Assembly: GCA_016185605.1 (NCBI GenBank)
Contig: JACPNG010000005.1
Span: 4,438 to 68,437 of the forward strand
Source of the DNA: Candidatus Woesearchaeota archaeon
GTDB taxonomy: Archaea > Nanobdellota > Nanobdellia > SCGC-AAA011-G17 > JACPNG01
DNA: 64,000 bases
Direction: 5' to 3'
The position numbers and the translations under genes were made by a program. The notes beneath the pieces are model-generated. The model saw only the letters and a list, made by a program, of their open reading frames with translations. It did no database searches and had not been told where the DNA came from. Positions within the stretch are counted from its first letter, which is position 1. Every line of letters starts with the position of its first letter. Positions 55,654-64,000 of the stretch are shown in pieces.

Positions 55654-56352
55654 TTATCCCAAGTAACTTAATTCATCATCTTTTTTAGGGGTTCCAGCCT
55701 CTTTGCTTTTCTCCATTATCATTTTTAGTGTCTTCTCAAACTTTTCAGCAGCCTCTAATAATGGCTTGTAATCAACTTTTAACCCAAGATATTTATCCAG
55801 TATTTCAACAGCCTTGGCAGCTGCCTTGCTGTCTGCTAATCCAACAGTGCTTTCAATGAATATTCCGTTTACATTTTTATCTTTTAATAATAATGCTCCA
55901 GTTACTCCTACAACCAATCCTTCCTTCATCTGTTTTAATCCTATCCTCTCAAATTCCTTTTTCTTTTTTTGGTCTTGGGTGAAATAATAAGCATCTAATT
56001 TTGCCTCTATTGAACCAACACCTTCTATGCTTATCACTTGCTTGGCTTTTAAGTCCTTGGAGAGTTTGCTCACTATCTCTGCTAATTCCCATTCTAATCC
56101 TTTAACCCCGCTTAATGCATGGATTAATATTATATTATTCTTGGAATCATGAAATATTCCTATTGGCTCAACTACCTTTGATTCATGGATGGCTGCCATT
56201 GGTATCATCTCATTGCTTCTTACCATTCCTATAGGCTTTGCATTCAGATGTTTTATTAGAAATTCTACAGCTATTGTTCCTACTAGTCCAAATCCTGGAA
56301 ATCCCTCTATTATAGTCGGAGATCTTGGTTTTTTGTCTAATACTAATTTCAT
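55654..56352 (-). CDS. PAC2-family (proteasome assembly chaperone-like) protein
   Basis: IIEGFPGFGLVGTIAVEFLI N-terminal motif typical of archaeal PAC2/PbaA-B family proteins. 232 aa. Confidence 0.65.
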   Translation of the reverse strand: MKLVLDKKPRSPTIIEGFPGFGLVGTIAVEFLIKHLNAKPIGMVRSNEMIPMAAIHESKVVEPIGIFHDSKNNIILIHALSGVKGLEWELAEIVSKLSKDLKAKQVISIEGVGSIEAKLDAYYFTQDQKKKKEFERIGLKQMKEGLVVGVTGALLLKDKNVNGIFIESTVGLADSKAAAKAVEILDKYLGLKVDYKPLLEAAEKFEKTLKMIMEKSKEAGTPKKDDELSYLG

Positions 56353-56735
56353 AATTCTAACCTCTCCCTTATTATGCTATTATACATGTCTATATAATTG
56401 TCAGCTGTCCTTTTTGACCTAAATGACTTGACTTTATTTTGGAATTTGGTGAAAAAATCCATTAATCTCGGTTCAACATTTTCTTGGTTGTTTATCCTCA
56501 TTAGAACAATGCTTTGCAGAACATCATTTTCGTCTTCTGCAGCAATTTTTTCTTTTCTTTTTATTTCGCTTATTAGCATTCTGACAATGCTTTCAGGATC
56601 CCCTATGGGAAATTCAATATACATCTTTTTAACTTCATCATTGAAATTAAAATAAACATCATATCCTATCTTGTTTTCGCTTAGAAATAATTTGTTAACC
56701 TCTATTTTTTTAATCTCAATATTGAAATTTTTCAT
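56349..56735 (-). CDS. hypothetical protein
   Basis: 128-aa ORF. 4-nt overlap with the PAC2-like gene. Confidence 0.55.
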   Translation of the reverse strand: MKNFNIEIKKIEVNKLFLSENKIGYDVYFNFNDEVKKMYIEFPIGDPESIVRMLISEIKRKEKIAAEDENDVLQSIVLMRINNQENVEPRLMDFFTKFQNKVKSFRSKRTADNYIDMYNSIIRERLEL

Positions 56736-56806
56736 ACAATTTGGTTAATTGATTACTATTTAAATTTTATCAAAACTTTTTTTAACTTAGTCATAACTAT
56801 TAATTG

Positions 56807-57166
56807 ATGCATTTATGGCTCGAATCTCTCAAATCTTCAGACAAACTGATAATAGTGGAAGGCAATAAAGACAGGAATTCTTTGGAAAGTCTGGGAATTA
56901 AAAACATAATAACAATTAACAAGCCTATTTTCAGATTAGTTGAGGAGATTTCTGTCAATAATAAAGGAGTGATAATTCTAACTGATTTAGATAAGCATGG
57001 AAAAAAACTTTACAATATTCTTAGGCATAATCTCCAGAGAACAGGAGTTAAAGTAGACAATAAGTTCAGGGAGTTTTTATATAATAACACAAAATTATCT
57101 AATATTGAAGGCTTGGTAAAATACATGAAAAATAGAGAAGAACCCCTTTTTATAGAAGATTTTTGA
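56807..57166 (+). CDS. small Toprim-domain protein (RNase M5-like)
   Basis: IIVEGNKDRNSLESLG (Toprim Glu) and IILTDLDKHGKKL (DxD). ATG 56807 is preferred over TTG 56804. Confidence 0.65.
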   Translation: MHLWLESLKSSDKLIIVEGNKDRNSLESLGIKNIITINKPIFRLVEEISVNNKGVIILTDLDKHGKKLYNILRHNLQRTGVKVDNKFREFLYNNTKLSNIEGLVKYMKNREEPLFIEDF

Positions 57167-57416
57167 TTCTTTCTATATTTTCAGCTACCTTGTTTCCGGT
57201 ATCTGTCAATTTAATAATCTTTATTCTTCCTTGCTTTACAAATTCAACTAATTTAGCCCTCTCCATCTCTTGTAAAATCTTGACTGCATGGCTGTATGTA
57301 CAGTCTACCTCCTTGGCCAGAATGCTTCCATACCTATTTTTAGTGTTCTTTCTCAAAGCAACTAATATCATAGCAGGTTTTTTTCTGAAAAAAACCTCGA
57401 ATATGTCTTTCTTCAT
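57150..57416 (-). CDS. winged-helix transcriptional regulator (ArsR/MarR-like)
   Basis: 88 aa. YGSILAKEVDCTYSHAVKILQEMERAKLVEF...IKLTDTG. GGGGG lies 5 nt upstream of the ATG. Confidence 0.6.
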   Translation of the reverse strand: MKKDIFEVFFRKKPAMILVALRKNTKNRYGSILAKEVDCTYSHAVKILQEMERAKLVEFVKQGRIKIIKLTDTGNKVAENIERIKNLL

Positions 57417-57601
57417 ATTTGCCCCCTAACACCCCTCTTGTCTCTGCAAACTTGTTGTAGATAGTCTCTATTTAAACCTTCTCTTTTTAATATATATTTT
57501 ATAGCATATAGATATCTTTTTAAACCTTTCTAAAGATGTTTCAAATTAAACTATTTTTCTTTTATAAAAATATTTAAATAAAGTTCTATTTGAAGATTCT
57601 T

Positions 57602-58864
57602 ATGTTAGATATAAACTTTATTAGGGAGAACCCAAATTTAATAAAAGAATCTCAAAAAAAAAGAGGATTTCCAGTAGAAGATATAGACAAGCTAATTATC
57701 TTAGATAAAGAATGGAGGCAATTTAAAGAAGAAGTTGATAAGTTAAGAGCAAGAAGAAATAAGATTTCTGAGGAAATAAATCAGGCTAAAAAACAAGGTA
57801 AAAATATCGCTAAATTAATTGGAGAGGCAAAAGAAATTCCAAATAGACTTGAGAAAAAAGAAAAATTAATGAATGAAACAGAAGAAAAAAGAAATTTTTT
57901 GTTGAAAGAGATTCCTAATTTAATTGATAATTCAGTTCCTACAGGGACTGCTGATAAAAATAAAGTTTTAAAAATTTACAGAAAGCCAAAAAAATTAAAG
58001 TTTGAAGTAAAAGACCATTCTGATTTGCTTGAAAGCCTAAAATTATTAGACACAAAGAAAGCTTCAGAAGTTTCCGGAGCAAGATTTTACTATCTTAAAA
58101 ATGATTTAGTAAAATTAAATCAAGCAATAATAAATTTTGCTATTGATTTCTTAAAAAAGAAAAATTTTACCCTGATACAGCCGCCATTTATGTTAAGAAA
58201 AGAAGTTTTAGAAGGAGCTTTGCCTTTTGGAGCATTCAAAGAAATGATATATAAAATAGAAGATGAGGATTTATATCTGATTGGGACAGCAGAGCATGCA
58301 TTGAATGCTTATCACTCTAATGAAATAATAACCATAGATAAGCCAGTAAGATATGCTGGAATATCTCCTTGTTTTAGGAAAGAAGCCGGCTCGCATGGAA
58401 AAGATACAAAGGGAATCTTTAGGACGCATCAGTTCGAGAAAATTGAACAATTTATCTTTTGTAAGCCTAAAGAAGCTTGGAAGGAATTTGACTTAATTTT
58501 GAAAAATAGCGTCGATATGTTTAAAAAATTGGAAATTCCTTTTCGTGTGGTTGTTCTTGCCTCTCAAGATACTGGTAGGGTGCCTACAAAGACAATTGAT
58601 TTAGAAGGTTGGTTTCCCTCGCAGAATTGTTATAGGGAGCTTGGAAGTTGTTCGAATTGTTTAGATTATCAGGCAAGAAGAAGCAATATTAAATATAGGG
58701 ATAAGAATGAACTAAAATTTGTTTATACTCTAAATAATACTGCAATTGCAACAGAAAGAATGATGGTTTGTATTATAGAAAATTTTCAACAGAAAGATGG
58801 ATCAATAAAAATACCAAAAATTTTATGGCCATATACTAAATTCAAGAAAATAACTAAGCAGTAA
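57602..58864 (+). CDS. serS: seryl-tRNA synthetase
   Basis: MLDINFIREN start (track TTG 57590 rejected), N-terminal coiled-coil arm, motif 2 FRKEAGSHGKDTKGIFRTHQFEK, motif 3 NNTAIATERMMVCIIENFQ. Confidence 0.9.
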   Translation: MLDINFIRENPNLIKESQKKRGFPVEDIDKLIILDKEWRQFKEEVDKLRARRNKISEEINQAKKQGKNIAKLIGEAKEIPNRLEKKEKLMNETEEKRNFLLKEIPNLIDNSVPTGTADKNKVLKIYRKPKKLKFEVKDHSDLLESLKLLDTKKASEVSGARFYYLKNDLVKLNQAIINFAIDFLKKKNFTLIQPPFMLRKEVLEGALPFGAFKEMIYKIEDEDLYLIGTAEHALNAYHSNEIITIDKPVRYAGISPCFRKEAGSHGKDTKGIFRTHQFEKIEQFIFCKPKEAWKEFDLILKNSVDMFKKLEIPFRVVVLASQDTGRVPTKTIDLEGWFPSQNCYRELGSCSNCLDYQARRSNIKYRDKNELKFVYTLNNTAIATERMMVCIIENFQQKDGSIKIPKILWPYTKFKKITKQ

Positions 58865-58895
58865 GCTTTTTAAATTATATTTAATAGGACTTAAT

Positions 58896-59591
58896 ATGAA
58901 AGTTCCAAAGTATATAGGAATAATTTTAGACGGCAATCGTAGATTTGCAAAGAGACTAATGTTAAAACCATTTATGGGTCATGAGTGGGGAGCCAAAAAA
59001 GTAGAAAAATTATTTGATTGGTGCAAGGAATTAGGGATAAAAGAAGTAACATTATATGCCTTCTCAATCCAGAATTTTAACAGGCCAAAAGAAGAGTTTG
59101 ATTTTCTTATGAATATCTTCAAAAAAGAATTTACTAGGCTATTTGATGATCCAAGATTAGAGAATGATAAGGTAAAAATCAATTTTATAGGAAGAATCTG
59201 GAAATTCCCAGAAGATTTACAGGATATAATGAAAAAATTAATGTACAAAACAAGAGATAATGATAATTATATTGTAAACTTTGCAATGGCCTATGGCGGC
59301 CGAGAAGAAGTCATAGATGCTGTTAAAAGAATTGGAGAAAATGTTAAGAATGGTAAATTAGATATAAATGATATTAATGAGAAAGTATTTTCAAAGAATC
59401 TTTATACAGATCATGAACCAGAATTAATCATAAGAACAGGAGGAGAAAAGAGAACATCTAATTTTTTGATATGGCAAAGTCATTATAGCGAATGGGTCTT
59501 TTTGGAGAAGACGTGGCCCGAATTTGAGAAAGAAGATTTAATTCAAGCTATAGAAGATTATTCTCAGAGAGAAAGAAGATTTGGCAAATAA
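58896..59591 (+). CDS. uppS: cis-prenyltransferase (undecaprenyl/dehydrodolichyl diphosphate synthase family)
   Basis: IILDGNRRFA, YAFSIQNFNRP, IRTGGEKRTSNFLIWQ, and C-terminal ERRFG. Confidence 0.88.
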   Translation: MKVPKYIGIILDGNRRFAKRLMLKPFMGHEWGAKKVEKLFDWCKELGIKEVTLYAFSIQNFNRPKEEFDFLMNIFKKEFTRLFDDPRLENDKVKINFIGRIWKFPEDLQDIMKKLMYKTRDNDNYIVNFAMAYGGREEVIDAVKRIGENVKNGKLDINDINEKVFSKNLYTDHEPELIIRTGGEKRTSNFLIWQSHYSEWVFLEKTWPEFEKEDLIQAIEDYSQRERRFGK

Positions 59592-59625
59592 AAAGTTTAA
59601 TAAACTGAATTTCCAGATTATTAAT

Positions 59626-60225
59626 ATGAGAATTTTGGCTGCCGGAGACATTCATGGAGATTCTTTGCTAGCTAAAAGGCTAGCTGAAAAAGCAGATAAG
59701 GAAAAAGCAGATTTAGTCATATTATGTGGAGATATTACAGAATCATTCCATAAGACAGACGGGCTTATTGGTCCATTCCTGAAGAAAAATAAAAAAGTAT
59801 TGTTGATTCCTGGAAATCATGACGGATTTGCAACAGCTGATTTTTTAGCTGAATTATATGGCATTAAGAACATCCATGGCTATTCTGTCAAGTATGAAGA
59901 TATTGGAATTTTCGGATGCGGGGGAGCAAATATTGGAATAGAGCAATTGCAAGAAGATGAGATTTATGGAATATTAAAGAAGGGATTTGACAAGATAAAA
60001 GATTTAAAGAAAATGATAATGGTGACTCATGTGCCACCAAATAAAACTTTAATGGAAAAGTTTGTTCCCGGCGCCGGCTCAGAAGGGGTAAGAATGGCTG
60101 TTGAAAAATTTAAGCCCGATATTTTGCTTTGTTCACATCTACATGAGGCAGAGGGCATAGAGGAAAAATTAGGCAAAACAAAGGTAATAAATGTGGGCAG
60201 AAAGGGAAAAATAATCGAGATTTAA
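59626..60225 (+). CDS. calcineurin-like metallophosphoesterase
   Basis: MRILAAGDIHGD, LCGDIT, IPGNHD, VTHVPP, CSHLHE motifs. The track TTG start at 59581 overlaps the uppS end and is rejected. Confidence 0.8.
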   Translation: MRILAAGDIHGDSLLAKRLAEKADKEKADLVILCGDITESFHKTDGLIGPFLKKNKKVLLIPGNHDGFATADFLAELYGIKNIHGYSVKYEDIGIFGCGGANIGIEQLQEDEIYGILKKGFDKIKDLKKMIMVTHVPPNKTLMEKFVPGAGSEGVRMAVEKFKPDILLCSHLHEAEGIEEKLGKTKVINVGRKGKIIEI

Positions 60226-60266
60226 TCCTGAAAAGATTTAAAAAACTATAAGCTAAAATATATTCT

Positions 60267-62345
60267 ATGGTACAGTTAATTATTTCAGAAAAGCCTTCTT
60301 CATGTTTAAAGATAGCTGAAGCTTTGGCTGATAAAAAATTAAGCAAGAATAAAATAGATAATGTTACATACTATGAACTGGAACACAAAGGAAAAAAAAT
60401 ATTAGTTGGGTGTGCAGTTGGTCATTTATATAATCTTGAGGAGTCAAATAAAAAAGGATGGACTTATCCTGTATTTGATATTGAATGGAAGCCAAGCTAT
60501 AAAATCTCTAAAAGCTCATTGTTCACAAAGAAATATCTGGATGTGTTGAAAAAGCTGGGGAAAGAGGCAGACGAGTTCTATAATGGATGCGATGTTGACA
60601 TTGAAGGTGAATTAATATTCAAGAATATTCTTACAAAATTATTCAATAAGAAAGATGCAAAAAGGATGCATTTCTCGACATTGACGAAAAAAGAATTGTC
60701 AAATGCATATGAAAATGCCTCTCCTCATATTGATTTCAATCTGGCAGAAGCAGGAAGCACAAGGCATTTCCTAGACCATTTTTATGGTATTAATTTAAGC
60801 CGTGCGCTAACACTATCAATAAAAAATTCCACAGGAATGCACAAAATATTAAGCTCTGGCAGAGTCCAAGGACCAACATTAAAGATATTAGCTGATAAGG
60901 AAAGAGAAATCAAAATCTTCAAATCAGTTCCATTCTGGCAGATTGAATTAAAAGCAGAGATAAAAAATGAAGAGATAATCGCATTGCACCAGGAAGATAA
61001 ATTCTGGGAGAAGAAAAAAGCAGAAAAATCATTTAACAACACAAAAGGAAAAAAAGCGATTGTAGAAAGCATTGAAAGAAAAGAATTTTTCCAGAATCCG
61101 CCTAATCCTTTTGATTTAACTTCATTGCAATTAGAGGCATACAGGACATTAAGGATATCCCCAAAAGAGACATTAGATATAGCTCAAAATCTCTATACAA
61201 ATTCTTACATCTCATATCCAAGGACAAGCTCAAACCAGCTTCCGGAATCACTAAACTATGAAGAAATAATCTCTAATCTGGCTAAACAATCCAGATATAA
61301 AAATTTAGCTGAAGAGATTCTAAAAGGAAAATTAAAGCCAAACAATGGCAATAAAACAGATCCAGCGCATCCTGCAATTTATCCGACAGGAGAAATTCCG
61401 AAAGATATTAATGACAGAGAATATAAATTATATGATTTAATAGTAAAAAGAACATTAGCTACATTCTCTACCCAAGCCAAAAGGGAGACTATAACAATAA
61501 AAATAAATGTTAATGATGAGATTTTTGTGACAAATGGAACAAGGACAGTTGAAAAAGGATGGCATAAATTCTATGAGCCTTATGTCATGTTAAAGGAACA
61601 AGAGCTTCCAGAAGTTAATAGAGGAGATGAATTGAAAATAATAAAAATATCAATTCTAGACAAAGAGACTCAGCCTCCGAAAAGATATACTCCAGCTTCT
61701 ATTATTAAAGAACTTGAAAAAAGGGGATTAGGAACAAAAGCTACTAGGGCTCAGATAATTGAGACATTATATGAAAGGGATTATGTCAAGGAAAAATCAT
61801 TGGAAGTAACTAATCTAGGAATGAAAACAATTGAAACTTTGGAAAAATACTGCCCGGAAATCCTAGATGAGAAATTGACAAGGCATTTTGAGGAGGAGAT
61901 GGAGCTGATAATGGAAAATAAGAAGAAGGGAGAAGAAATTTTAGAGGAAGCCAAAGAAGTCTTAACTAAGACATTAAATCATTTCAAGGAAAATGAAAAG
62001 AAAATAGGAAAAGAATTATCAGAAGCCAATATAGAGACAAGGGACAAGGCTAATACTGTTGGAAAATGCCCCAATTGCAGTAATAATTTAAGAATAATGT
62101 ACTCCAAATCAAATAAGTCTTATTTTATCGGCTGCAGCAGTTATCCAGAATGCAAGACAACGTTTTCAGTTCCTAAAAATGCACTGCCTAAGCCGACTGA
62201 TAATCTATGCAGTGAGTGCGGTTCTCCAGTATTAAATATGATAAGAAAGGGAAAAAGGCCATATCAATTCTGTCTAAATCCAAATTGCAAATTAAAGGAA
62301 GAATACAGGAAAAAACTAGAAGAAGAGGCTAACGCTTTACTTTGA
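60267..62345 (+). CDS. topA: type IA DNA topoisomerase with C-terminal zinc ribbons
   Basis: Toprim LIISEKPS and CDVDIEGE. Active-site Tyr in YISYPRTSS. C-terminal CPNC...CSSYPECK...CSECG...CLNPNC. Confidence 0.9.
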   Translation: MVQLIISEKPSSCLKIAEALADKKLSKNKIDNVTYYELEHKGKKILVGCAVGHLYNLEESNKKGWTYPVFDIEWKPSYKISKSSLFTKKYLDVLKKLGKEADEFYNGCDVDIEGELIFKNILTKLFNKKDAKRMHFSTLTKKELSNAYENASPHIDFNLAEAGSTRHFLDHFYGINLSRALTLSIKNSTGMHKILSSGRVQGPTLKILADKEREIKIFKSVPFWQIELKAEIKNEEIIALHQEDKFWEKKKAEKSFNNTKGKKAIVESIERKEFFQNPPNPFDLTSLQLEAYRTLRISPKETLDIAQNLYTNSYISYPRTSSNQLPESLNYEEIISNLAKQSRYKNLAEEILKGKLKPNNGNKTDPAHPAIYPTGEIPKDINDREYKLYDLIVKRTLATFSTQAKRETITIKINVNDEIFVTNGTRTVEKGWHKFYEPYVMLKEQELPEVNRGDELKIIKISILDKETQPPKRYTPASIIKELEKRGLGTKATRAQIIETLYERDYVKEKSLEVTNLGMKTIETLEKYCPEILDEKLTRHFEEEMELIMENKKKGEEILEEAKEVLTKTLNHFKENEKKIGKELSEANIETRDKANTVGKCPNCSNNLRIMYSKSNKSYFIGCSSYPECKTTFSVPKNALPKPTDNLCSECGSPVLNMIRKGKRPYQFCLNPNCKLKEEYRKKLEEEANALL

Positions 62346-62970
62346 ATATACCTTCTTCCTTAATCTCAAAAAACATCTCTTTTTTTACAGGCCTTAACAT
62401 TTTAATTTTTCTGTCTTTTTTATGCTCTAATTCTATAACACAGCTTGTAAAATTATTTATTATGTTTTCTGCTAACATCATATCTTTGTCTTCATCAATA
62501 TTTTTATACACTTGATTGGTTATTATAACTGGAATTTTATTGGAAATCTCCTTTAATGTCCTTAATTGCGAGATCATCATATTGTTGGCTAATTCTTTTT
62601 TACTTTTTACCAATCTCCTGTAATAAATTCCTATTGTATCTATTATTAATAAGGAAAAATTCCCTTTTTCTATTAATGGGATTAGCTCTTTAATCTTATT
62701 TCCCTGGGTTTTGAAGTCAGTTACCTTTATTATGAATAAATTTTCCAGATATTTTTTATAGTCATTCTTGGCTAATTGCTCAAATCTGTCTACAGAAAAA
62801 CTATTCTCTGCATCCAGGTAAATCACTTTTTTATCCTGCTTTAACTGCTCTATTGTAGCTAGAATACAGCATGTTGTTTTTCCTGTTGATGCTTTTCCGT
62901 ATATTACAGTTATGTGGTTTCCATATCCTCCGAAGAGTTCATCAAAATCCCTGCTGCCTGTATTAATCAT
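62329..62970 (-). CDS. radB: RadB/KaiC-like RecA-superfamily ATPase
   Basis: 213 aa. Walker A IYGKASTGKTTCC, Walker B LLIIDTIG. 17-nt convergent overlap with the topA end. Confidence 0.65.
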   Translation of the reverse strand: MINTGSRDFDELFGGYGNHITVIYGKASTGKTTCCILATIEQLKQDKKVIYLDAENSFSVDRFEQLAKNDYKKYLENLFIIKVTDFKTQGNKIKELIPLIEKGNFSLLIIDTIGIYYRRLVKSKKELANNMMISQLRTLKEISNKIPVIITNQVYKNIDEDKDMMLAENIINNFTSCVIELEHKKDRKIKMLRPVKKEMFFEIKEEGIFKVKR

Positions 62971-63045
62971 CCATTATTCAATTAAACAAGTTTTAAAACA
63001 ATTTCTAAAACAAAGATTTATATTATCTTAACTTTTATAACATAT

Positions 63046-63660
63046 ATGAAATTAGAGATTCCAGTTGTAAGACAGGGTAAGGATTCATTTGATTGTGGTT
63101 TAGCTTGTTTGTCAATGCTTTTCAGATATTATGGATTTAATAAAAGCATTTCAGATATGAAAAATGATATTAAAGTTTATGGCCCTATGGGAACTTATGC
63201 TCCGCAATTGGGAAAATATTTAATAGAAAATGGTTTTGAAGTCGAGTTAATTACAATTAATCCTTATTTATTTACTAAAAAAATTAATAAAAAATCATCA
63301 AAAGAGTTAATTGATTATTTTGAAGATTTATCTAAAAATAATAAAAAGAATAAATTTAGGAAACCCTTAAAATTCTTTAAAGAATTTCTTAAAGTTGGCG
63401 GAAAACTATCAATAAGGGTTCCAACTATTAATGATATTAAAGAAGAGATTTCTGAAAGAAGACCCCTTGGAGCATTAATTACATCAAATTTTCTATTATT
63501 TGATAAAGCGAGCTTCAACTTTCATTTCAATCTAATTACTGGAATTGATGATAAATTTATTTATGTTAATGATCCTATGTGGGATTATAGGGGCGGAAAA
63601 CATGAATATCCAATCATGATTTTATGTATGCAATCTATGCAAGCGCCCATGGCGATTTAG
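63046..63660 (+). CDS. stand-alone peptidase C39-like (papain-fold) protein
   Basis: VRQGKDSFDCGLACLSMLFRYYG is the typical C39 N-terminal Cys motif. Later HFNLITGIDD...VNDP supplies His/Asp candidates. Confidence 0.55.
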   Translation: MKLEIPVVRQGKDSFDCGLACLSMLFRYYGFNKSISDMKNDIKVYGPMGTYAPQLGKYLIENGFEVELITINPYLFTKKINKKSSKELIDYFEDLSKNNKKNKFRKPLKFFKEFLKVGGKLSIRVPTINDIKEEISERRPLGALITSNFLLFDKASFNFHFNLITGIDDKFIYVNDPMWDYRGGKHEYPIMILCMQSMQAPMAI

Positions 63661-63701
63661 ATAATGCTTCAATTATGAAAATAAAAAGGAAGAGGTAGAC
63701 A

Positions 63702-63757
63702 ACTTTTTCTACAAAATAATGCCTACTTTTTCTACAAAAATGACTTATTCTACAAAG
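63702..63757. promoter_or_regulatory. three direct repeats ACTT(T/A)TTCTACAAA upstream of the zinc-ribbon gene
   Basis: actttttctacaaaa at 63702 and 63725, acttattctacaaag at 63743. Followed by the perfect 10-nt palindrome gtgtatacac (63789..63798) 16 nt before the ATG. Confidence 0.45.
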
Positions 63758-63813
63758 CTAAATTCTCCGAAAGATTTATATACAAGTTGTGTATACACAG
63801 AATATACACTAAA

Positions 63814-64000
63814 ATGCCAGACATCTTTGATACTATAATATTATGCAATGAATGCAATAGAAAAACAGAAAAGACTGAGATAATTAAAGATGGATTTAGC
63901 ATCAGAACAGCCATATGCCCAGAATGCAGCCAAAAATGGTATCATCCTTCTGACATGGAAAAATATAATAACTTCCAGAAGATTAAAGAAAAAGTATTTA
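63814..64000 (+). CDS. zinc-ribbon protein, 3' end beyond window
   Basis: Own translation: MPDIFDTIILCNECNRKTEKTEIIKDGFSIRTAICPECSQKWYHPSDMEKYNNFQKIKEKVF... Two CxxC pairs. Not in the track because there is no stop in the window. Confidence 0.55.
   Translation, partial: MPDIFDTIILCNECNRKTEKTEIIKDGFSIRTAICPECSQKWYHPSDMEKYNNFQKIKEKVF

Overview
Gene-dense, visibly AT-rich archaeal chromosome segment: about 85 protein genes, one intron-containing tRNA, no rRNA and no CRISPR array. GC content was judged by eye, not computed.

Archaeal (non-crenarchaeal) origin is supported by several features. PolD (DP1+DP2) sits in an operon with orc1/cdc6 beside an ORB-flanked AT-rich origin. PAN, membrane-inserted LonB, archaeal-type TyrRS, split Hef/XPF, a RadB-like ATPase and a tRNA-Lys(CUU) with an intron at position 37/38 are also present. 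Small proteins, many overlapping start/stop codons, a pilin expansion and Cys-rich surface proteins are compatible with a small-genome, DPANN-like, possibly episymbiotic archaeon. That lifestyle reading is inference only.

Layout:
- 1-13.9 kb: type IV pilus-like locus with a secretion ATPase, a platform protein and at least 12 class-III-signal-peptide genes. Three are unannotated micro-ORFs of 36-47 aa.
- 13.9-16.7 kb: two coiled-coil proteins and three tandem paralogous membrane proteins.
- 16.7-25.3 kb: mostly housekeeping (TraB-like, M50-like, Hef helicase + XPF nuclease, LigT, PAN, TyrRS).
- 25.3-31.0 kb: surface module with a 1065-aa Cys-rich repeat adhesin, a secreted trypsin-like protease and a stray pilin-like gene.
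- 31.0-37.6 kb: DP2-DP1-orc1 operon and the origin.
- 37.6-43.4 kb: PRC-barrel protein, LonB, a wHTH + cytoplasmic trypsin-like protease pair, ArgRS.
- 43.4-44.7 kb: two convergent paralogous coiled-coil/wHTH genes with in-frame short tandem repeats.
- 44.7-53.9 kb: island of short unassignable ORFs ending in a tyrosine recombinase, a PadR regulator and the tRNA.
- 53.9-64 kb: housekeeping (HldD-like epimerase, PAC2-like, Toprim protein, SerRS, UppS, phosphoesterase, type IA topoisomerase, RadB-like, C39-like peptidase).

No known defence system, RT, transposase or capsid gene could be recognised. The most unusual candidates are the ORFan island with a possible Panacea-like toxin-antitoxin module, the surface and pilus modules, and the repeat-bearing wHTH paralogs. 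All family calls come from motifs read by eye; no searches were run.
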